Positions 8,239-17,994 of a stretch of DNA of 64,000 nt are shown piece after piece. The stretch is from Candidatus Poribacteria bacterium (lineage in GTDB: Bacteria; Poribacteria; WGA-4E; WGA-3G): the NCBI GenBank assembly GCA_965205015.1, contig OZ242029.1:1376001-1440000 (forward strand), in the 5' to 3' direction. The notes under the pieces were generated by a model that had not been told where the DNA came from, searched no databases, and worked only from the letters and a program-made list of their open reading frames with translations. Numbering within the stretch: the stretch's first letter is position 1; each line of letters begins with the position of its first letter. The position numbers were made by a program, and so were the translations under genes.

Positions 8239-10062
8239 TTAGTCACCGCTTGTCGCGGGCGCGTGCTCAGGCTGCGCTTGCGGTGTCCAATCATCTTCTT
8301 CACCCGGAACACTATATTCATAGGGACCCCGGTAGACAGTCGGAATTTGACCGAAATTGCCGTGTGGTACCGGTGTCGGTGCCTCCCACTCCAAGGTATT
8401 CACCTGCCACGGATTCTGTTCGGCAACCTTTCCTCGGTACATGCTCCAGAAGAAGTTAAAGACCAATATCAACTGTGCAAACCCAAGGGTAAACGCACTC
8501 ATCGTGATAAAGATGTTCATGCCTTCGAACGTTTGCAGAAATTCATACTGCATCGGGTTGGAGATACGCCGCATGTGTCCACCCACGCCGAGAATATGCA
8601 TCGGGAAGAAGGTACAGTTGAAGGCAACGAAGGTCAGCCAAAAATGAATTTGGGACAGTACATCGTTCATATAGCGTCCGTACATTTTTGGGAACCAGAA
8701 GATAATGCCCCCGAAAATAGCGAACAGACTTCCGCCGAACACCACATAGTGAATATGTGCGACAATGTAGTAGGTATCGTGGATGAAGATGTCCACCGGC
8801 GTATTTGCCATATAGATACCGCTCAACCCGCCAATTACAAACATTGAGACGAAGGCGATACCGTGGAGCATCGGTGTCGTGAATTTGATCGCACCTCGGA
8901 ACATTGTGCCGAGCCAGTTAAATGTCTTGATGGCTGATGGCACCGCGATGAGCATCGTTGTCGTCATAAACACAGAACCGAGCCCGGGGCGCATTCCACT
9001 TTGGAACATGTGGTGTCCCCAAACGATCCATCCCAAAAACGCGATGGCGATCATAGCATAGACCATGGAACGATATCCGAAGATCGGTTTCCGTGAAAAG
9101 ACGGCGATCAATTCAGAAGCGATACCCATGCCCGGCAAGATGAGGATATAGACCTCAGGGTGTCCGAAGAACCAGAAGAGGTGCTGCCACAAGAGCGGGT
9201 CGCCGCCGCCTTCTGCCGTTGCAGAAAAGAACGTCGTTCCCGCAAGCCTATCAAAGATGAGGAGTGCGAGTGCGGAGGACAGTACCGGGAAAGCGAGTAG
9301 CAACAGGATCGCGACGATGAAAAGCGACCAGATGACCAACGGGAGTCGGAAGAACGTCATTCCGGGTGCGCGCATATTGATAATCGTCGTGATGTAGTTA
9401 ATAGACCCGACCAGTGAGGAGAACCCTTGAATGAGCAGACTAATCGCCCAGAGATTTTGCCCCCAGTCAACGCCTGTCCACTGTGCATCGGAGGAGAGGG
9501 GTGCGTAGCCTGTCCATCCTGCTGCGGCGTGTCCGCCGGGTACAAAGAAGCCGACGACCATAATAATTGCGGCAAGGACAGCCAACCAAAAGGAGAGCAT
9601 ATTGAGAACAGGAAACGCCATATCCCGTGTCCCAATCATCAACGGAATCAGGAAATTTCCGAAAGCCCCCACCAAGATCGGAACCACGACGAAGAACACC
9701 ATAATGGTGGCATGCATCGTAAACAGCATATTGTAAAATGCGGGTTCGACGACGCCATTGGGCATGTTTACCTCAAGCCATTCCTCTTTCTCGGACTCAT
9801 AAATTCGTTCCCACATCCTGTCAGCACCGGTAGTGACTTCACCTTCATCCAGGTACTGCTGCGATGCCCCGATAATGGGTAGCGGTTTTTCGGGGTAGGC
9901 GAGTTGCCATCTAAAGAGGAGTGCGAGCCCGCCACCGAGGAAAAACATAATCAGTCCATAGATAAGGAACTGCTTACCAATCGTCTTGTGGTCGAGCGAA
10001 AAGATATATTTACTAATAAAACTTTCTTCGTGATGATGTGACGCATGTTCGTTATCGTGCAT
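8239..10062 (-). CDS. ctaD: Cytochrome c oxidase subunit I, A1-type
   Basis: DHKTIG, MHATIM, DMAFP, HLFWFFGHPEVY, WGHHMF, AHIHY, GHMRR. Confidence 0.97.
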   Translation of the reverse strand: MHDNEHASHHHEESFISKYIFSLDHKTIGKQFLIYGLIMFFLGGGLALLFRWQLAYPEKPLPIIGASQQYLDEGEVTTGADRMWERIYESEKEEWLEVNMPNGVVEPAFYNMLFTMHATIMVFFVVVPILVGAFGNFLIPLMIGTRDMAFPVLNMLSFWLAVLAAIIMVVGFFVPGGHAAAGWTGYAPLSSDAQWTGVDWGQNLWAISLLIQGFSSLVGSINYITTIINMRAPGMTFFRLPLVIWSLFIVAILLLLAFPVLSSALALLIFDRLAGTTFFSATAEGGGDPLLWQHLFWFFGHPEVYILILPGMGIASELIAVFSRKPIFGYRSMVYAMIAIAFLGWIVWGHHMFQSGMRPGLGSVFMTTTMLIAVPSAIKTFNWLGTMFRGAIKFTTPMLHGIAFVSMFVIGGLSGIYMANTPVDIFIHDTYYIVAHIHYVVFGGSLFAIFGGIIFWFPKMYGRYMNDVLSQIHFWLTFVAFNCTFFPMHILGVGGHMRRISNPMQYEFLQTFEGMNIFITMSAFTLGFAQLILVFNFFWSMYRGKVAEQNPWQVNTLEWEAPTPVPHGNFGQIPTVYRGPYEYSVPGEEDDWTPQAQPEHAPATSGD

Positions 10063-10077
10063 CGTTATTCTCCTCCT

Positions 10078-10740
10078 TTACTGCCATCTTTCTTGCACCC
10101 AGGCATCATAATTTTCTCGCGTATGCACATTGAGGTACCCGAGCATTCCGGAGTGTCCAAATCCACACAACTCAGCGCACGGAATCTCATAACGACCTGC
10201 TTTTGTTGCCTCGAACCAGACGTTGATAAATCGGTTAGGCAAGGCATCCTGTTTCAGTCGCAATTGTGGCACAAAAAAGCTGTGGATGACATCCTCAGCG
10301 GTTAATCGGATATGCACGACCGCGTTGATCGGCACATGCAATTCGTTTTCTAATTTCAGATCATCATCTGTCCCGAACTCGTTATCGGGTCCGGGGTAGG
10401 TCATATCCCAGTTAAACTGTTTTCCACTGACCTGGACGACGACCTCCGGGTTTTCAGGAAATTGTGTCGGCGACTTAATATTATTCCACTGCGGGTAACT
10501 GAGCATCGCGAGTCCGAAGACGATCACCGTTGTAGCGGCGGTCCAGACAATTTCCAGCGTCGTGCTCCCTTCAATGTAGTCCGCCCTTTTCCCTTCCTGA
10601 TGGCGATACTTAATCAGGAAAACGATAAGGGTTCCCATCACAAGGATGAACACAACAAGGGTAAGATAATAAATACCGTAAAAGAGGTTATCAACGCTTT
10701 GCCCGAACGTTGATACGTTCTCTGGGAGCCATTGAAGCAT
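10078..10740 (-). CDS. ctaC: Cytochrome c oxidase subunit II (CuA)
   Basis: LEIVWT, DVIHSF, CAELCGFGHSGM; no fused cytochrome c. Confidence 0.96.
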   Translation of the reverse strand: MLQWLPENVSTFGQSVDNLFYGIYYLTLVVFILVMGTLIVFLIKYRHQEGKRADYIEGSTTLEIVWTAATTVIVFGLAMLSYPQWNNIKSPTQFPENPEVVVQVSGKQFNWDMTYPGPDNEFGTDDDLKLENELHVPINAVVHIRLTAEDVIHSFFVPQLRLKQDALPNRFINVWFEATKAGRYEIPCAELCGFGHSGMLGYLNVHTRENYDAWVQERWQ

Positions 10741-10757
10741 TAAATTCTCCTTTTAAG

Positions 10758-10847
10758 AGTTATCAGTTATCAGTTGTCAGTTACAAGAGACTTTTGTTAA
10801 ACGAAAACCTTATTGACTGAAAACCGACTACCGATAACCGACAACTA
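10758..10847. repeat. Heptamer-repeat inverted element
   Basis: TATCAGTTATCAGTTGTCAGT...ACTGAAAACCGACTACCGATAACCGACAACT. Confidence 0.7.
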
Positions 10848-10848
10848 T

Positions 10849-11622
10849 TTAATTTGCTTGTGTAGACGCGGTGAGCGTTGCCCCTACATACGTCAAAACA
10901 CAAAACAGACCGGTAATCAGCAGAGAGAGTGTCCAAGCCGGTCCCTCTCCAATTGCTTTCGCGGCGGTATCAATGTAGAGACCCTGCCGAAAAACGGCAA
11001 GCCCATACGTTAACGGATTGAACCTCATTGTCCATGCTAACCAACTGGGTACGCCTGTACTCGGAAAAAATGCGCCAGAGAGCAGCCATATCGGAATCAA
11101 CAGGAGGTTCATAATCGCGTGAAACCCTTGTGTTGATTCCATCCGCCATGCGATGAGCAGTCCGAGGTTTGTCAAACCAAACGCCAAAAGTGCCATTACA
11201 CCGAGCGTGGCAAAGAGCGACGCTGCCCCGAATCGGATGCCGGTCATGGGGGCGAGTAGTAGTAGCAGAATACCTTGCAAGAGTGCTAACGTCGTGCCGC
11301 CTAACGCTTGTGCGAGTACAATCTGCCACCTCGGCACGGGCGCCACGAGGACCCCTTGCAAAAAGCCTTCACGTCGGTCATTCACGACAGAAATTGTAGC
11401 GAAAATGGACGTAAAAAGCAAGACTAAAATAACGATCCCGGGATAAAAGTATTCGATATAACTGGGTCCATCCGCCGTGCCAGAAGGTTGAAAAGAGGCA
11501 CTCAAACCGCTTCCGATGAGTACCCAAAATACTAAGGGCTGCGCGATAGCACTGAAGAGTCGACTTCGTTGGCGATAAAACCTGATGATTTCACGCCACC
11601 ATATCGTTGCAATCGGTTTCAT
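10849..11622 (-). CDS. ABC-2 type exporter permease
   Basis: REIIRFYR, YFYPGI, DRREGFL..LVAPV, LSGAFFP, NPLTY. The longer ORF start lies inside a repeat. Confidence 0.9.
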   Translation of the reverse strand: MKPIATIWWREIIRFYRQRSRLFSAIAQPLVFWVLIGSGLSASFQPSGTADGPSYIEYFYPGIVILVLLFTSIFATISVVNDRREGFLQGVLVAPVPRWQIVLAQALGGTTLALLQGILLLLLAPMTGIRFGAASLFATLGVMALLAFGLTNLGLLIAWRMESTQGFHAIMNLLLIPIWLLSGAFFPSTGVPSWLAWTMRFNPLTYGLAVFRQGLYIDTAAKAIGEGPAWTLSLLITGLFCVLTYVGATLTASTQAN

Positions 11623-11656
11623 TAGCATTGTCCCGCAAGCCCACACGCGGCTTGCG

Positions 11657-11740
11657 CAGCCATCAGCAGTCAACAGTCAGCCCAGAGGTGTTCGGATTTG
11701 AAACGACCTCTTTTAACTGATGGCTGATAGCCGATAGCCA
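11657..11740. repeat. Heptamer-repeat inverted element
   Basis: CATCAGCAGTCAACAGTCAG...CTGATGGCTGATAGCCGATAGC. Confidence 0.6.
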
Positions 11741-11745
11741 TTCCT

Positions 11746-12684
11746 CTATACGAATGGAGTGCCTGTCAATTTTATAAACACATCCTCCAGCGTCGGTTTC
11801 CCAAATCGAACGGATTGAATCTCATCTGGAAAAGCGTCAACTAAATCCCGGACGAACTCATGTCCGCGTTCACATTCAACACGCAGTTGGTTATCCGTCA
11901 GCACTGGCGAAACGCCGAAACTCTCAGCAATAACCGGGGACAATGTTTCACCATTTTCACTTTCTATGATAACGACATCACCCCCGACTTGTGCCTTGAG
12001 TTCATTAGGTGCCCCGAGAGCGACCAATTTGCCTGAATCCAGAATCCCAACCCTGTCGCACGCCTCAGCATCCTCTAATAGATGTGTCGTCAGCAGGACG
12101 AGGATATCTCCTGTGTCCGCGAGGGCACCGAGATAGTCATTGAGCTGTCGGCGTACAAGTACGTCTAACCCACTCGTTGGTTCATCGAGGAGTAGAACAC
12201 GAGGGGAATGGAGCAGCGCTTTTGCGATTTCAACCCGTTTTTGTAAACCGCCGGATAGGCGTTCAACCCGTTCTGTCGCCCTGTCGGTGATGCCAAAACA
12301 TTCGAGGAGTTCCGAAATTCGGTGGTGCAGCGCTTTGCCATCCAGTCCATAAAGGTGCCCGTGGTGCCGTAAATTTTCAACGACAGTGAGCTTGCCATCC
12401 AGTCCTGGGTGTTGAAAAACAACCGCTAAGAGATCCCGAACGGCTCTCGCTTCAGTGGCCAAGTCATATCCAAAGATACGAACAGTGCCGGACGTTATCG
12501 GCATCAGCGTGGACAGAATCTTAAAAAGGGTTGTTTTCCCACTCCCGTTCGGTCCAAGAAGTCCGAAAATCTCGCCACCTGAGACGCTAAAACTGACAGT
12601 GTCAAGTGCGCGCCATGTCTGATATGAATGTGAAAGATTTCTTACTTCAATTCGACTGTCGGCATATTGGCTATCGGTTTCCAT
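11746..12684 (-). CDS. ABC exporter ATP-binding protein
   Basis: GPNGSGKT, LSGG, LLLDEPT, TTH. Start placed at ATG 12684 because the upstream extension is repeat-derived. Confidence 0.92.
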   Translation of the reverse strand: METDSQYADSRIEVRNLSHSYQTWRALDTVSFSVSGGEIFGLLGPNGSGKTTLFKILSTLMPITSGTVRIFGYDLATEARAVRDLLAVVFQHPGLDGKLTVVENLRHHGHLYGLDGKALHHRISELLECFGITDRATERVERLSGGLQKRVEIAKALLHSPRVLLLDEPTSGLDVLVRRQLNDYLGALADTGDILVLLTTHLLEDAEACDRVGILDSGKLVALGAPNELKAQVGGDVVIIESENGETLSPVIAESFGVSPVLTDNQLRVECERGHEFVRDLVDAFPDEIQSVRFGKPTLEDVFIKLTGTPFV

Positions 12685-12855
12685 CGGAGACCGTGGACTG
12701 TCGGTTAAGAGGTTTTCGTTTCGCAAAGGTTTCCTCTTGTGACTGACGACTGTCGGCGTATTGACAACCAGCAATCAGTTTTCGTCGTCGACGGTTATCG
12801 GGCGTGCGAAGCCTTTTAAGGTCGTCAACGCCTGCTGAAAGCTGAAAGCCGACTG

Positions 12856-13638
12856 CTACTTAAGTTTTAGCGTGAAATTTTGCGTGGCAGTGCCGCCGGC
12901 TTCTACGGTAACAGAAGCGGGAGAACCGCTGTTCGTGCCACACGCCTCATGCCAATAACCGAGTTTATAGGTACCTGCGGGGACATCTTCAAGTGTGAAT
13001 TCACCCTTCTCGTTCGTCACCGCAAAATACGGATGCGGAACGTAGGCGATCCAAGCAGACATCCATCCATGAATATCGCATTTTACAGAGACGGGACCTT
13101 CCGCCTTCTTCACCCCCGCAAGCGGCATTTTCCTACGGTTTTTCGACTGGGGCTTGTTAACCGGCTTGTTGACGCTACTGAAGATATGCACATTGTGCAT
13201 AATCTTATCGGAATTCAACATTGTGAGGCGCGTGCCAACAGGAACAATCTGGACATGTGGCGTAAATTTGCAACTTTTCTGGTCGATCTCGGGTTTAACG
13301 GATTTGTCAAAACCTTTACCTTTTGAGATGTCGATGAGGTAGACAATCGTATTTTTTAAAGCGTTGCCTTCACCAAGGACAACGGATTCATTATACTTTT
13401 CGGTAACCGCACAAACCGCCTGATCTTTTGTGATTTCCAGTGCTTTCTTCTCAGGCATGTCGCCTTCAAAGGTCACCATCCCGCTAATTGTGCCGCCATT
13501 GCTAACGCTTCCAGCAGCATAGGATTTAGGGAATACCAGCATTTCTACTTCGCCTGCACCACTGTCAGCCGCAAAAGCATTACCAACATAGCAACATGCG
13601 AGAAGCAGGACAAGTCCTGCTAACAGATAGGTTTTCAT
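12856..13638 (-). CDS. Exported cupredoxin-like / carboxypeptidase-regulatory-like domain protein
   Basis: Signal peptide; DQKSCKF.PHV, HNVH, CDIHGWM, WHE; paralogue of 19914-20663. Confidence 0.78.
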   Translation of the reverse strand: MKTYLLAGLVLLLACCYVGNAFAADSGAGEVEMLVFPKSYAAGSVSNGGTISGMVTFEGDMPEKKALEITKDQAVCAVTEKYNESVVLGEGNALKNTIVYLIDISKGKGFDKSVKPEIDQKSCKFTPHVQIVPVGTRLTMLNSDKIMHNVHIFSSVNKPVNKPQSKNRRKMPLAGVKKAEGPVSVKCDIHGWMSAWIAYVPHPYFAVTNEKGEFTLEDVPAGTYKLGYWHEACGTNSGSPASVTVEAGGTATQNFTLKLK

Positions 13639-13670
13639 TTTTTCTCCTTTGTTAGTAGTTATCGGTTATC

Positions 13671-13733
13671 GTAGGGACGCGGTTCTCCTCGTCCGTTTCG
13701 GAAATCTATCGGGTTGGGGAACCCAACCCCTAC
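13671..13733. repeat. Paired GTAG REP-like element
   Basis: GTAGGGACGCGGTTCTCCTCGTCC...GGGTTGGGGAACCCAACCCCTAC. Confidence 0.7.
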
Positions 13734-13776
13734 GATAACTGAAGATTGGTTATTGATTATCTATTTTTCGTCATTC

Positions 13777-15492
13777 TCATGAATTTCTCCGCTGTACGAC
13801 TGCCCGTAAACCGAAGAGCAAGCCGAGAGAGAGAATAGCAATCAAAGGTGGATAAATAAACCGTCTTGAAGACGGAACGGGTTCAAGTACAAAAGTATAC
13901 CAACTGGACATGACCCGTTTTGTGTCAACATCGCCGTTCGCGCCATCCCATGCGGAGAAGGCGATAGGCACAAAAACGCCGGGTTCAAGTTGCAAGTCCT
14001 TCTTGTCATCAGTTTTCAAGGCACGTTTTACCCATAATTTGTATTGCCCATTTGTATACGTGCCCTGTACTTGGAGTTCGCCCTGTGCTGCCTGAATTTC
14101 TGCGTTGTGAATACCTTTAGCGGTAAGTTCGGTTACCTGTTCAGGTGCGGAGGCTTTCCAGTGCCATAGATAGACCGGCAGCCTCCCGCCCCCTAAGAAA
14201 TAGGGCTTCGGCGCGGTCGGTCCTTGCGGCACCTTCACGGGAAACTGGACTGCCAAAGCGTCTTCGAGGGTTTTTCCAGTTTCTTCATCAGTCTCGTCAG
14301 TCGTGTGTGTTCGGTCATCCCATATAAAGAGGAAAGCGACCTCTGTGTCATTGTAAAACGACTTGACGTTCACAGCATCAATGGTTGGATTAAACTGTCG
14401 CGGCTCAATAACGACTTGCCCGACGAGAGGAAAGTACTTGGTTTCAAGGGTTTCCCATTCGGCACCGTCCATGCGCGGCAATTCACTCTTGATATATTGC
14501 GAGCGGAGTACATTATTCCCAATCGCGGATTCAGGACGTTTCTCAGGAGAGAGAGATTTAACGTAGTTCGCTAAATGCCAGCTCTTTTCATAGACGACTT
14601 TCATCGCCGCATCATAAATCTGTTTTTCTGCAGCAGTCAGTTCTGTACCCTCTGCCAGATTGAGCGCAATGTCAACAGCAGCATCATATTTCTCGTAAAG
14701 TTGCGCGGATTCTTCTTCCTCTGCCTCTGTCATTTCATCTTTGTTGTCTAATTCAATCATGCGACTGGATTCCTCAGCTGTCAGTCCGAAGCCTGGAAAA
14801 CTATCGCCCTCAAAAGCAGGCATGGGTGACCCCGCAATTCCGCCGATGAAGCGTTTGAAGATATCTTCAACGTCAGCACCGCCACGGAAAGTCCAACCCT
14901 GCGCCAGATTGGCGGGCCAGGTCTGGAATCCCCATTCATCCGTCAGTGTAGGCGCGGACGTGCCATCCCCTCTTCCGACGTTTCCGTGACATTCCACACA
15001 CCCGAGTTCGGTATAAAGTGCTTTTCCGGTTTCCACACTCTGTTCAGCGTAAGAAATTTTCCCAGACAGATTAATCTGCACGGGGGGTGTTTCAGCTTCC
15101 TTAAAGCCGTCGTAGAAGGTTTTGATATAAGCAACTACTTCCCAACGATCATTGGCATTTAAGGCAGTCTCCCATGGCGGCATAGATGAGCCGGGCATCC
15201 CTTCGGTGATGATGTCAAAGAGGTCTTGATCTGTTGGGAGTTCTCCAGCTGCCGTAGACCGGATTTTATACAAACCCCGCGTGAAATCTCTCGGTTTTGG
15301 AAGAAGGTTCTCAGCGGCGGAACCGTCACCTCTCCCTTCGATGCCGTGGCAGTGTGCGCAACTCTGTTCATACACTTCTTTCCCTTTCTCAGAAGCCTCT
15401 GGAGCGTTCTGTGCGTAGGTCACGGCACAGCAGAGTGGGCCGACTACTATTCCTAAAACCAACATCAGGAGGGTTACATTTCTGGTTCTCAT
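13777..15492 (-). CDS. Diheme cytochrome c fused to an EbdC/NxrC-like (DMSO reductase type II gamma, heme b) domain, with C-terminal TM anchor
   Basis: CAHCH, CVECH; C-terminal FIWDD.T, DALAVQFP, LWHWKA, KRAL, AFSAWDG...KR..SSW; TM at the end. Confidence 0.8.
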   Translation of the reverse strand: MRTRNVTLLMLVLGIVVGPLCCAVTYAQNAPEASEKGKEVYEQSCAHCHGIEGRGDGSAAENLLPKPRDFTRGLYKIRSTAAGELPTDQDLFDIITEGMPGSSMPPWETALNANDRWEVVAYIKTFYDGFKEAETPPVQINLSGKISYAEQSVETGKALYTELGCVECHGNVGRGDGTSAPTLTDEWGFQTWPANLAQGWTFRGGADVEDIFKRFIGGIAGSPMPAFEGDSFPGFGLTAEESSRMIELDNKDEMTEAEEEESAQLYEKYDAAVDIALNLAEGTELTAAEKQIYDAAMKVVYEKSWHLANYVKSLSPEKRPESAIGNNVLRSQYIKSELPRMDGAEWETLETKYFPLVGQVVIEPRQFNPTIDAVNVKSFYNDTEVAFLFIWDDRTHTTDETDEETGKTLEDALAVQFPVKVPQGPTAPKPYFLGGGRLPVYLWHWKASAPEQVTELTAKGIHNAEIQAAQGELQVQGTYTNGQYKLWVKRALKTDDKKDLQLEPGVFVPIAFSAWDGANGDVDTKRVMSSWYTFVLEPVPSSRRFIYPPLIAILSLGLLFGLRAVVQRRNS

Positions 15493-15494
15493 TT

Positions 15495-16292
15495 TTAGTG
15501 TGCCTCCCCAAAGGTTCGGAATTGATAACCAGTGTAGTCAGACAGAAAGAGAATTACGTCCCAAATTTCGTCTTTTGTCAAGTGGTCTTCCCAGATAGGC
15601 ATTGCTGAATCCCAGGGTGTGCCAGCTGCAGGTAATCCCGGTCCGCCCTTGGCTATCCGCCAAAAGAAGAAAGACTCTTGGAAGTTCGGGATGATCCCAG
15701 GGTCTTGGAAATTAGCGGGTAACGGCTGGAGATATGGCGCGAAATGCCCCTGCCCATCTAAGTGATCTCCATGGCAGTAAAAGCAATTATCATGATAGAC
15801 ACGTCTACCGTTTTCAACATGCGCTTTGAACGCCTCCGGATCATCCTTTTCATAGTGCCGAAAGGGGTTCACCACATCTTGCATCGTGCCAATGACCTCA
15901 TCCTTGTATGTTAATTCAAGGGGCGGCGATGGGTGTGCGTCACGCGGGCTGCCGGGTGGATTCGCTCGCTGGGCAATAATCGAATAGGTATAACCGAGTA
16001 GGAACAACGGGATTAATACCGCGATAACACGACGGCGGATTTGACGTTTGTCTTCGACGAGGGTTTCACGGATGGGGCGCAGAAATTCCCGAAAGAGTGA
16101 ATCCTCAACGGAGATATGCACCAAGATAGCAATGATAACCAACCCCATATACATCGCAATCACGCTGCCTGGTATTGGTACTGAGACGATGCCGCCAACG
16201 GCGAATCGGAGTACTGCCCAAGAACCAACCAGAACTATGAGACATATTGTGAAGAGCGACAGCCTTTTCATTTTTCGTGTTTTGTCCTCCAC
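15495..16292 (-). CDS. Membrane-anchored monoheme cytochrome c
   Basis: 3 TM, CFYCH, P.PANF, SAMP.W. Confidence 0.88.
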   Translation of the reverse strand: MEDKTRKMKRLSLFTICLIVLVGSWAVLRFAVGGIVSVPIPGSVIAMYMGLVIIAILVHISVEDSLFREFLRPIRETLVEDKRQIRRRVIAVLIPLFLLGYTYSIIAQRANPPGSPRDAHPSPPLELTYKDEVIGTMQDVVNPFRHYEKDDPEAFKAHVENGRRVYHDNCFYCHGDHLDGQGHFAPYLQPLPANFQDPGIIPNFQESFFFWRIAKGGPGLPAAGTPWDSAMPIWEDHLTKDEIWDVILFLSDYTGYQFRTFGEAH

Positions 16293-16375
16293 TCGTTTTT
16301 TGTAGCCTCGATTTGGTAATCAAGAACCTCAAGCGAATGATGTTTTTTTCGATCGTAATTTATATCAGTTGTCTG

Positions 16376-17884
16376 TTATTCTGCGGGAGTATCTCCTGTC
16401 TCCTCTGACACTGCTTCCGCTGTTGCGCCGGTAAGCGTGCTTAAGAAGGAGAGCAAATTGCTCATGTCCGATACGGATAACAGTAGTGGGAAGTTTTCGG
16501 GCATCGGCGATGTAACCAGCAACTTCTTGCCAGAGGCACGGGTAAAGGTCGCTTCCTCAAGATCAAATGTATCAAATACTTCTTCGGTCCCGTCAACGAT
16601 TAGAACGATTTCGTCGTCGTCCATCGAGCCTGAAACGTATTCGCCAACAATCTCATCGCCATCAAAAGTGATAACAGTCATCTGGCTTTTCACGTCTGCC
16701 TTGGAAAATGTCCGATCCTCACCATCGACCTTAAGCGTTACAGTGTCATCAGTTTCTGAAACGATTTCACCGCTTACGGGAGCATCCGCATCCGCAGGCA
16801 TTAGCGTCAGTGTAAAATAACCTCTCGCTTGTAGATTGCTAAGTTCTTCAATTGGTTCATCATCGAGTTCGCTCAACAAGAGGGTATGCTCCTCTTCGAC
16901 GCCATCCGCCGTTTTGGTTCGGACGACAATCTGTTCTGTATCCTGCGAGACAAGCGTTCCTTGATAGGTCGTTCCATTGGCACGGACGGTAACGGCCCCA
17001 TAACCGCTTACTATTTGTACGCTCGGTTTCAGGATCGACTCCTCAAGATACCGCATGTCGTTAAAGGCGGCAATTTCAGAGAGGTCGGGCGCAGTGACGA
17101 CTTCAAAGTCTGTACTCGTCTCACCTGCAGCTGGACTTTCTATACCTGTCACAGCATGGCACGAGATACACGCCGCAGTCACAAACACCTTTTTGCCGAG
17201 TTCAGGATCACCCGTAAGCAGGGGTGGAAGTGCTTCAGCGATTGCCCCCGCATCTGCCCGATCTATCGGTTCATCAAAGGGTGTTGGATCAATCTCACCC
17301 CCGAGACTCTGGAGATAAGCGATAACTGCCTCAATCTCCAATTTTGAAAGCGCGATCGGAGCCTTCCAAATCTCTGGCATAATCTTGCCGTATCCGGGTA
17401 CAAGATATTTGGCGGGTTCGTAGAGCGATTCAATAAGATAGGTTTTTGCATCCGTGCCTGGCACGCGACTCGCTGCGTTAATACCGATGTCTGTCAGATC
17501 GGGACACCTTCCTGGTGGTGCCGATGGATCAACGGTATGACATGCGGCACACTGTCCCTTTCCATTAAACACCAAGGCACCTTGCTCAGCGACTGCGTCT
17601 GGATCACTCCAATCCAGCTCAGTTAGGTTCACCGCTGTAGAACTTTCGGGGACAAGCCCCGCGACAAAGGCGTAAAACCATATCACGGCAAGCGAAAACG
17701 TCAACAACTTCATGACGTTCGACCATAAAACGATATTTATGATGACCGAGATGAGAAACCAGACCGACCACGGTAGCAAGTTCTCGGAAGCGATCGGAAA
17801 CGCAGATGCGCCCGCAATATATGCGACGAAACTCACCACCATTAAGATGAGACTCGCAATTTTTATGAGCGTATTCCTTGACAT
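16376..17884 (-). CDS. Membrane-anchored diheme cytochrome c with acidic beta-rich inserted repeats
   Basis: 3 TM, CAACH...MP, CISCH...SPMP; three G.....G.IVS.....V.....DG repeats. Confidence 0.88.
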   Translation of the reverse strand: MSRNTLIKIASLILMVVSFVAYIAGASAFPIASENLLPWSVWFLISVIINIVLWSNVMKLLTFSLAVIWFYAFVAGLVPESSTAVNLTELDWSDPDAVAEQGALVFNGKGQCAACHTVDPSAPPGRCPDLTDIGINAASRVPGTDAKTYLIESLYEPAKYLVPGYGKIMPEIWKAPIALSKLEIEAVIAYLQSLGGEIDPTPFDEPIDRADAGAIAEALPPLLTGDPELGKKVFVTAACISCHAVTGIESPAAGETSTDFEVVTAPDLSEIAAFNDMRYLEESILKPSVQIVSGYGAVTVRANGTTYQGTLVSQDTEQIVVRTKTADGVEEEHTLLLSELDDEPIEELSNLQARGYFTLTLMPADADAPVSGEIVSETDDTVTLKVDGEDRTFSKADVKSQMTVITFDGDEIVGEYVSGSMDDDEIVLIVDGTEEVFDTFDLEEATFTRASGKKLLVTSPMPENFPLLLSVSDMSNLLSFLSTLTGATAEAVSEETGDTPAE

Positions 17885-17885
17885 T

Positions 17886-17972
17886 TTTTAATTATTCCTT
17901 GCGGTTAAATGACGTGGGTTTGGACCTTAGCGTGCCACTCTTAAATCCGCGCTCCATTCCATTACGAGCGAC
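17886..17972 (-). repeat. Interspersed ~90-nt element (GTCG/GTAG...CCGCAAGGAATAATTAAAAAA)
   Basis: Similar to 24396-24483 (ATCCGC.CTCCATT.CATTACGAGC and CCTTGCGGTT blocks). Confidence 0.7.
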
Positions 17973-17994
17973 GCACTTTGTTCCACCACCGCTA

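Noticed and set aside
8086-9882. Long plus-strand ORFs opposite cox subunit I (and similar antisense ORFs throughout)
   Set aside because: Shadow ORFs of strongly supported genes, with no recognisable motifs.
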